From assembly GCA_045863575.1 (NCBI GenBank), contig BTUC01000001.1, forward strand, positions 1-60,123: a stretch of DNA of 60,123 nt, written 5' to 3'. A program made the translations under genes and the position numbers. This DNA comes from Phycisphaerae bacterium. GTDB lineage: Bacteria > Planctomycetota > Phycisphaerae > UBA1845 > PWPN01. Positions within the stretch are counted from its first letter, which is position 1. The number at the start of each line of letters is the position of its first letter. A model generated the notes under the pieces. That model was not told the origin of the DNA and made no database searches. It saw only the letters and a program-made list of their open reading frames with translations. Of this stretch, positions 54,209-60,123 are shown one piece after another.

Positions 54209-57200
54209 ATGCGCTCATTCCTGTCTCGTCGGTTGGTATGGTCGATCCTCTTTGCTCTCAGCCTCAGTCTCTTGCCGGCCGGCTTATGTATTCCCGTCAA
54301 CCCCGAAGACAGCCGGGAAACCGATGAGGGAACGGGCAATGACACCGCAGTGACAGTACCTGTGGTACTCAGCAGCCTCGCCGTACGGCCTGAATCCGCC
54401 ACCTTGACCCAGGCAGGCGCAACGCTTCAACTCGCAGTGGCCGGCACGTATTCTGACGGGAACGTTCGAGATCTGACACCGGCAAACGAAGGAACTCTCT
54501 ACGCAACGTCGAATTCGGCGGTGGCTACCACGTCGACTGATGGCATGGTTACAGCCATAGCCTCGGGCGAAGCTCTCATCATGGCCAGTAATGCGGACAC
54601 CTCCGCGACGTGCACCATCACCGTAAGCATCCCCCCACCTCCACCAGAAGTCACGTTGCAGTCTCTTTCCGCCAACACGGAAACGTGTACCTTCCGGAGA
54701 CTTGGCGAGACGCTTCAACTCGTGATCACGGGGCATTACTCCGATGAGAGCCAGACGGACTTGACGGCCAAGGCTATGGGGACCACTTATCTGGCTACGG
54801 ACGATTCCGTAGTGATCGTCTCGGACAATGGATTGATCAGATCAACGGGATACGGAGAGGCCATCCTCACCGTCGTGAACAACAGTGTGGCTCTGGAGAT
54901 TCCTGTTACGGTCCAGGCACCGGCCGGAGCAGGCGGTGGTGGCGGGGGAGTGGCGCCCGCCAAACTCAACGTCGACCCGCTGAAAATCACTCTGACGGGC
55001 TCCCTACCACAAGCGCAAATAGCCATCAACAATGCAGGAGGTGGCACGCTCAACTGGACGGCTGCAGCGGGCGATCCGCGCATTCTCCTCGGGACTACCG
55101 AAGGCTCTGCGCCGGCAACCCTGCTGGTTTCGGCGGCACACTTTGATGCCGATTTCGATTCTCTGATAAGCGTGAACAACTCAGTGGATGGCGCTGACCA
55201 CGTTGACGTGATCGTGCACGTGCGGGCCACTGGCAAGCTGGCCATCCAATCACGTCAGTTGTGCGTCCAACTGAACCTCTTGACCGACCTGGGCTTTCAA
55301 GCGGACGAGCTGCGCGTTCAAAGCCTGCTCAGCAGTCAGGACACGCTGGCCGCACAAGCACAAGGCGAAGCGGGCTTTGAGGTGATCACCTGCCTCGAGA
55401 TTGCGGATGCCAGTCAGGGGCAGCTGCTCACGATCAGCCGCACGACCGACGATCTCCTGATCGTTCCGGCTTACTGTACGCCAGCTCAGGTTGATGCGGG
55501 CACCATGACGTTGGATGTCAGTGCGATCGCCAATGCCATGATCCTGACGAATCCTTACCTGATGATTCTGCCCGCTTCAGAAAGAGACATGCTGATCGCG
55601 AAAGCGCCGGGCACCGCATCCTACGCGCAACTGCTTGCCGGCATTACGGAGGCATTGGCGGCAGAGCCCACCCATTTCACCGAATTCGCCGTCTTCCCTG
55701 AAATCTGGACGCTGGCGATGCAGATCGGCGCCGAGCTCCTGCAATCCGAGGCCGATCAGATTGCTCACGCGCTCGGAATCAGGAAGATGGAAGAGAATAA
55801 CGTCATCGGTTCAGCAGGCTCATTCCACCTGGCAGACGAGCCAGGATCCGACATTCTGCTCGTGAACCCCACGATGGTCTTCTACGGGGTACAGACGGAT
55901 GACGACCGTACCGAGCTGGTTTCAGGCAAAGAGTCTTTGGTCAGCGTCGGACTGCAATGGCCGCCTGTTTTTCTGACCCCGGCCGTGCAGGAACCGTTCG
56001 CTCTGGGCGAGGGGATCTTCACCATTGTCGCTTACAAGGGCTTTAACAGCGGTGAGCCCGGATGGTTGAACATTCAGCACGCCGCGGGTCAGGCGACCTA
56101 TGCGAATCTGATCAAGATTGCGGCGATCCTTTTGGACGTGGCAGCCTGGTGCCCGCTCGACAATGGAGACATCGAGCATATCGTCGAGGCGATCGCAGAC
56201 CCGGGAATCATCGGCATCGAGACGCTGGCTGAGGCGGGTAATGATTGGATGGAGTTCGCCAAGAAGGGGATCGAAGTGGTCCACGAAAACTGGGACGAGA
56301 TCTCGCTCTGGATTTGGCAGGAATGGCCCGGCGACCAGACGGTCACCTATCTGCGGAAAGTCGGCAAGCTGATGAACGCTGCGTCGGCGGCACTGAAAGT
56401 TCTGCAGGTCGTCGATGCGGCGAACACGAAGATCCCGTTCTTTATCGACCTGGTGTTCGCGCGGGGCAAGCTGGTCTACCAGGTACGCCAGGAGAATGGT
56501 GTGCTGAGCGCTTACCAGAGACCGTTAGCCCCTCCAACGGCAGAGGTTTTAGTGGCCGGACAACCGGTAGGGCTTCCTGCGGAGGTCTACGTGGGAGACG
56601 TAATCACACTCCAGGCAACCTGCTACGACGAGCACACCGATACGGCCGATCTGGAGGTGCGCTGGGACTTACAGGGGGATGGGGTCTTCGACACCAACTG
56701 GTCCACCAGCCATACCGCCGTACACACCTTCACCCAAGTGGGCAACTACGTCGTCCAGCTTGAGGTGCGCGATACGGACGGCGAGGTGGGTTTCACCGTG
56801 CATCACCTTCATGTCGAAGCAAGCAACGGCCAGGGCACGGCCAACCATGTCATTGCCTTCCGCGATAACCTGCCGTGGGACTCGAATGCGTTCGAGGATA
56901 TGATGGACGAGCTAGGGTACTTTCCCGGCGAAGGCAGCTACGAGTACGAGATCCTCCCTTCTTCGAGTTTCAGCAGCGTCGTACTGCGACCGGGACAGGA
57001 CTTCGTCATTATCACCAATGACCAAAACCAGTTGTTCTACAACAATCTGGCGGTCAGTTTCGATCGCCTCGTGCGCTTCATCGAGAATGGCGGGACACTG
57101 CTGTGGGGCGCGTGTGACAAAGGCTGGGCGAACGGATCGATGACGCAGGCCGGCATCGGGCTGCCCGGTGGCGTTTCTACGAGCCTGCTCTACGACCCTA

Positions 57201-57568
57201 CAAACTACGTCACGCTGACGGCCCCGCTGACGGACGGTCTGCCGCCGACGCTCACGGGCAACTATGCCAGCCATGAGGCCTTCATTAATCTCGCTCCGGG
57301 AACGACCACCTATACCGAAGACACACGTGGTCTGCCTACACTCATCGAATACAAGGTGGGCAGCGGAACGATCCTGGCCACTGGACAGCCTCTGGAATGG
57401 GGATACGACCGGCTCGGCAGCTACACCATCGGCCTGCTCTACCCACGGCTGATTCGCTACGTCTTCGGTGAGAACGTTCAAGCGGAAAGCCTGGAGTCAA
57501 ACCCGCCGAAGATGTCCCGCGTGCCGGCGGCAGATGTCCATGTACCCTCGTCCGCCGATCGAAAGTGA
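54209..57568 (+). CDS. Secreted multidomain protein: two Big_2-type Ig domains, Ig-like module, ~450-aa unknown region, PKD domain and flavodoxin/GATase1-like C-terminal domain
   Basis: GGAG lies 7 nt upstream of ATG 54209. The signal peptide is MRSFLSRRLVWSILFALSLSLLPAG. The Big_2 pattern is ATLQLAVAGTYSDGNVRDLT...ATSNSAVATTSTDGMVTA, in two copies. The PKD domain is VRWDLQGDGVFD...YVVQLEVRDTDGE. The ORF track starts at 54059. Confidence 0.7.
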   Translation: MRSFLSRRLVWSILFALSLSLLPAGLCIPVNPEDSRETDEGTGNDTAVTVPVVLSSLAVRPESATLTQAGATLQLAVAGTYSDGNVRDLTPANEGTLYATSNSAVATTSTDGMVTAIASGEALIMASNADTSATCTITVSIPPPPPEVTLQSLSANTETCTFRRLGETLQLVITGHYSDESQTDLTAKAMGTTYLATDDSVVIVSDNGLIRSTGYGEAILTVVNNSVALEIPVTVQAPAGAGGGGGGVAPAKLNVDPLKITLTGSLPQAQIAINNAGGGTLNWTAAAGDPRILLGTTEGSAPATLLVSAAHFDADFDSLISVNNSVDGADHVDVIVHVRATGKLAIQSRQLCVQLNLLTDLGFQADELRVQSLLSSQDTLAAQAQGEAGFEVITCLEIADASQGQLLTISRTTDDLLIVPAYCTPAQVDAGTMTLDVSAIANAMILTNPYLMILPASERDMLIAKAPGTASYAQLLAGITEALAAEPTHFTEFAVFPEIWTLAMQIGAELLQSEADQIAHALGIRKMEENNVIGSAGSFHLADEPGSDILLVNPTMVFYGVQTDDDRTELVSGKESLVSVGLQWPPVFLTPAVQEPFALGEGIFTIVAYKGFNSGEPGWLNIQHAAGQATYANLIKIAAILLDVAAWCPLDNGDIEHIVEAIADPGIIGIETLAEAGNDWMEFAKKGIEVVHENWDEISLWIWQEWPGDQTVTYLRKVGKLMNAASAALKVLQVVDAANTKIPFFIDLVFARGKLVYQVRQENGVLSAYQRPLAPPTAEVLVAGQPVGLPAEVYVGDVITLQATCYDEHTDTADLEVRWDLQGDGVFDTNWSTSHTAVHTFTQVGNYVVQLEVRDTDGEVGFTVHHLHVEASNGQGTANHVIAFRDNLPWDSNAFEDMMDELGYFPGEGSYEYEILPSSSFSSVVLRPGQDFVIITNDQNQLFYNNLAVSFDRLVRFIENGGTLLWGACDKGWANGSMTQAGIGLPGGVSTSLLYDPTNYVTLTAPLTDGLPPTLTGNYASHEAFINLAPGTTTYTEDTRGLPTLIEYKVGSGTILATGQPLEWGYDRLGSYTIGLLYPRLIRYVFGENVQAESLESNPPKMSRVPAADVHVPSSADRK

Positions 57569-57802
57569 GCGGCGGCCCCCGACTGTACTGCCTGGAAGCT
57601 GCAGTCTGCTCCTTGTGAGATCACCTTCGCAAAAGCGCGCTGCGCGAATCGTATGGCCTGCCTTTCAAGAGGCGGGCCATGCTTGCGCCTGGGCCTTTGC
57701 ATGCTTGGATGTGCGCCTGCGGCGTCCCGAGTGGCATCGGCTTTCGTGAATGAACCGCTTCGGCTACCCTTCGCCAGTCGTGATCAATTGGAGGTACCTG
57801 TT

Positions 57803-60010
57803 ATGCGCGTAGTCGCAACGGTCGTGATCGGGAGCTTGTGCATCGCGGGTCTTTCGAACGCCTCGGCCCAGCAGAGTGAGGCACGGCCAGGGCTGTCTCA
57901 AACGAAGCGCGAGGTGATGAAACAGGGTAGGAGATCGGCATTTCTCGACGCCAAGACCTGCTTTCAGACCAACGTGGCCTATGACCCGCGGCTGGCCATT
58001 GCCGTCGACGCCGTCATCTTGCACCGGCACGGGGAGGAGCCCAAGCGCCTTGCCCGGATGATCGGATCCTGGAAACAGAAGGGCTTTGTCGTCGGGCGGA
58101 TGTTTTTCGCCGATTCGGACGCGACGAACAGCTACTGGACCGGCAAGTGGGACGGCACCCCCCATCCGGAGGACGTGGAGCTCAATGCCAACGGCGAAAA
58201 GGTGCTCTGCTCGGGCGTCCGGCCGTACATGGTGCCGACGGATGGGTGGATCCGCCACCTGGAGGAGATGACACTCCAGTCCATCGAGGCCGGAGCAGAC
58301 GCTATTCTGCCGGAGGAGCCTCTGGCCCATGCTCACACCGGTTATGAGAAGAGCTTCCAGGAGCTGTGGGTGAAGCGGTACGGATTCCCCTGGGAGGCGG
58401 AGAAGGACTCGCCGCGAGCGCGCTTCCTCACCGCCCAGCTCAAGAACGAGCTCTACATCGAACTGGAGAAGCGGCTGGCGGCCGTCACCCACCGGCGATC
58501 TCAGGAGTTGGGCCGCGACATCGGCTTCGTGCTGCCCATCCACAGCCTGTACAGCAACGTGGCCGCCCAATTGGTGGCCCCACTGGGGACGTCGCTGGCG
58601 ATCCCGCACGTCGATGGCTACATCGGCCAGGTCTGGACCGGGCCGGTGAACTGGGCGCTGGTGCATTACGACTCGCCGGACAAGTCCTTCTTCACGTCGG
58701 CCTACGCGCTCTATGACTACTTCGTCTCTCTGACCGCCGACAGCGGCCGCAAGCTGTGGCTCCTCGGCGACCCGGTCGAGGACGACCCCAACCACACCTG
58801 GGCCGAGTTCGAGCAGTGGTACCGGCACTGCATCGTGGCCAAGCTGCTCTTTCCGGAGGTCGATTCATTTGAGGTCATGCCCTGGCCGGACCGGATCTTT
58901 CTGCCGGGGTATCAGACCGGAGGCAAAACGCCCGCTCCGGAGGACTACCGCATCGCCCTGCTCTCGGCCATTCAGGTGATGCAGGAGGTTCCAGCGGGTG
59001 GGGAGTGGCGCGGCGGATCGGGCGAGGCGGCCGAACCGGCCGTGAGCGAAGGCGTGGGCGTGGCCCTGGCCGACTCGGTGCTCTGGGAGAAAGAAGCCTT
59101 CCCGCCGCTGCAGGGCACGTATGGACTGCTGCTGCCCCTGATCCATGCCGGCGTGCCGGCAGCGGCGTGCGTGCTGGAGCGGACCAATGACGCGGCCTAT
59201 ATGAATCGCTTCAAAGTCGTCGTGCTTTCGTACGAGGCATTCAAGCCGGCCAATGAGAAGATCCATGCCGGGCTGGCGGCATGGGTGCGTCGCGGGGGGT
59301 CACTGATCGTGCTGGGAGCGACCGAAGGATTGCAGGGGCCCTTCTGGTGGAACGAGGCAGGGTTCGACTCGCCGCTGGATCACCTGCTGAAGCTGCTACG
59401 TGTGCCTGCTAGCGCGAAAGAGGGCCAGACGCAAGTCGGAAAAGGATGGGTACTGCGCAGCGTCGCATCACCACGGGAGTTCGGCGATCCAGGGAAGGCG
59501 AAGAACGTGTATCTGCCGCTTGTTGAAGAGGCCATGCGGAAGGCGGGCGCAGCCGATGGCTTGCGGATGCCAGGACAACTCAGCATGCGCCGCGGGCCGT
59601 TTGTGATTGCGCATGCGACGCGTGAACCACTGACGCTGCGGGGAACCTTCGTGGATGTACTCGACGCGGAGCTGCCGATCCGGAACGAGGTCACTGTCAA
59701 GCCGGGCGAAAGTGGCCTGTATCGTGACGTGGCCGGTCAGCTTGCCGTGCGCAAGCCGTGCCTTCTCCATGCAACGCATCGGGTAATGGATGAGCGGTTC
59801 AGTGGACGCGTGCTGCGGTTCGTCATCCGCGGGCCGGCCGAGACGCCGGCGGTTGCGCGGGTCTTCTGCGGAACCCGACTGCCGGCGAACATTTCCGTGA
59901 AGGATACCCAGGGGGCAAAATTGAAGGTGGAATCACTGCCCGAAGATAATACGGTGCGCGTGAAGTTTCCGAATGTGCCGGAGGGAGCGGTGGTGGAGAT
60001 GCGGTGGTAG
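57803..60010 (+). CDS. Secreted hypothetical protein, possibly glycosidase-like (barrel-like N-region plus GATase1-like domain plus beta-sandwich; architecture reminiscent of GH42)
   Basis: GGAGG lies 9 nt upstream of ATG 57803. The signal peptide is MRVVATVVIGSLCIAGLSNASAQ. The segment FKVVVLSYEAFKP...AWVRRGGSLIVLG resembles the flavodoxin-like middle domain of GH42-type enzymes. No catalytic motif was identified. Confidence 0.5.
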   Translation: MRVVATVVIGSLCIAGLSNASAQQSEARPGLSQTKREVMKQGRRSAFLDAKTCFQTNVAYDPRLAIAVDAVILHRHGEEPKRLARMIGSWKQKGFVVGRMFFADSDATNSYWTGKWDGTPHPEDVELNANGEKVLCSGVRPYMVPTDGWIRHLEEMTLQSIEAGADAILPEEPLAHAHTGYEKSFQELWVKRYGFPWEAEKDSPRARFLTAQLKNELYIELEKRLAAVTHRRSQELGRDIGFVLPIHSLYSNVAAQLVAPLGTSLAIPHVDGYIGQVWTGPVNWALVHYDSPDKSFFTSAYALYDYFVSLTADSGRKLWLLGDPVEDDPNHTWAEFEQWYRHCIVAKLLFPEVDSFEVMPWPDRIFLPGYQTGGKTPAPEDYRIALLSAIQVMQEVPAGGEWRGGSGEAAEPAVSEGVGVALADSVLWEKEAFPPLQGTYGLLLPLIHAGVPAAACVLERTNDAAYMNRFKVVVLSYEAFKPANEKIHAGLAAWVRRGGSLIVLGATEGLQGPFWWNEAGFDSPLDHLLKLLRVPASAKEGQTQVGKGWVLRSVASPREFGDPGKAKNVYLPLVEEAMRKAGAADGLRMPGQLSMRRGPFVIAHATREPLTLRGTFVDVLDAELPIRNEVTVKPGESGLYRDVAGQLAVRKPCLLHATHRVMDERFSGRVLRFVIRGPAETPAVARVFCGTRLPANISVKDTQGAKLKVESLPEDNTVRVKFPNVPEGAVVEMRW

Positions 60011-60123
60011 GGTCTCGGAAGGAGACGCTGTGGCGATCGAGGGCCCCCCCCCCCCCCCCCAGGGAAAAGGGGGGGGGTCCGAAACCCCGGTCGGGGGGGG
60101 CAAAACGGGGGGGGGGAGGGGCG

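Noticed and set aside
60041-60123. Extreme homopolymer tracts at the window end (C17, then several G8-G10 runs).
   Set aside because: They sit at the very end of the sequence just after a stop codon. They look like poly-G/poly-C sequencing or assembly artefacts at a contig end rather than biology. Raw-read inspection would settle it.
1-60123. Search for tRNA, rRNA, transposase/integrase, toxin-antitoxin, restriction-modification or other defence modules.
   Set aside because: None of the intergenic gaps shows a cloverleaf-like tRNA signature that I could recognise. No ORF shows DDE/tyrosine-recombinase, nuclease-methylase pairing or other defence hallmarks. The lone SAM methyltransferase (53180..53800) has no partner nuclease.

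Overview
This is a 60.1-kb high-GC chromosomal segment (roughly 63-66 % GC by eye). I can support about 31 protein genes, one ncRNA and several repeat families. The gene content points to Planctomycetota, probably Phycisphaerae-like (inference). The supporting features are a PEP-CTERM tail, HAF repeats, thrombospondin-type-3 (TSP3) repeats, Cys-containing dockerin/EF-hand-like C-terminal tails, a TMTC-like TPR membrane protein and palindromic 'PEYRG'-type dispersed repeats. Housekeeping genes are clpC (5' partial), pyrF, rsgA, the conserved SRP-RNA/dnaX/ybaB/recR block, rpoN, a LacI regulator with uxaB-uxaA, a cyclophilin PPIase, an isolated fliM, and a type IB topoisomerase followed by a GNAT. 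The accessory content is dominated by very large secreted multidomain proteins. These are a 2051-aa glycosidase-like protein, a 1568-aa HAF/TSP3 protein with 24 tandem 33-aa Cys/Asp repeats, and four proteins ending in the same ~70-aa four-cysteine dockerin-like module. There is also a tandem paralog pair carrying the same lectin-like domain on either a PEP-CTERM or a dockerin-like tail, and an octaheme cytochrome fused to HEAT/TPR repeats. The most checkable observations are listed here. (1) dnaX contains an A10 run preceded by an internal SD-like GAGGAGGA, with a UGA abutting the run in an alternate frame, which is a candidate tau/gamma recoding site. (2) The dockerin-like C-terminal module family has no recognisable cohesin partner in the window. 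(3) A dispersed palindromic repeat is embedded in frame inside rsgA. (4) Homologous 9-nt tandem arrays sit directly behind two dockerin-tail genes. No CRISPR array, tRNA, rRNA, transposase, integrase or recognisable defence system was seen. All calls rest on reading motifs in the supplied translations and sequence; no database search was possible.
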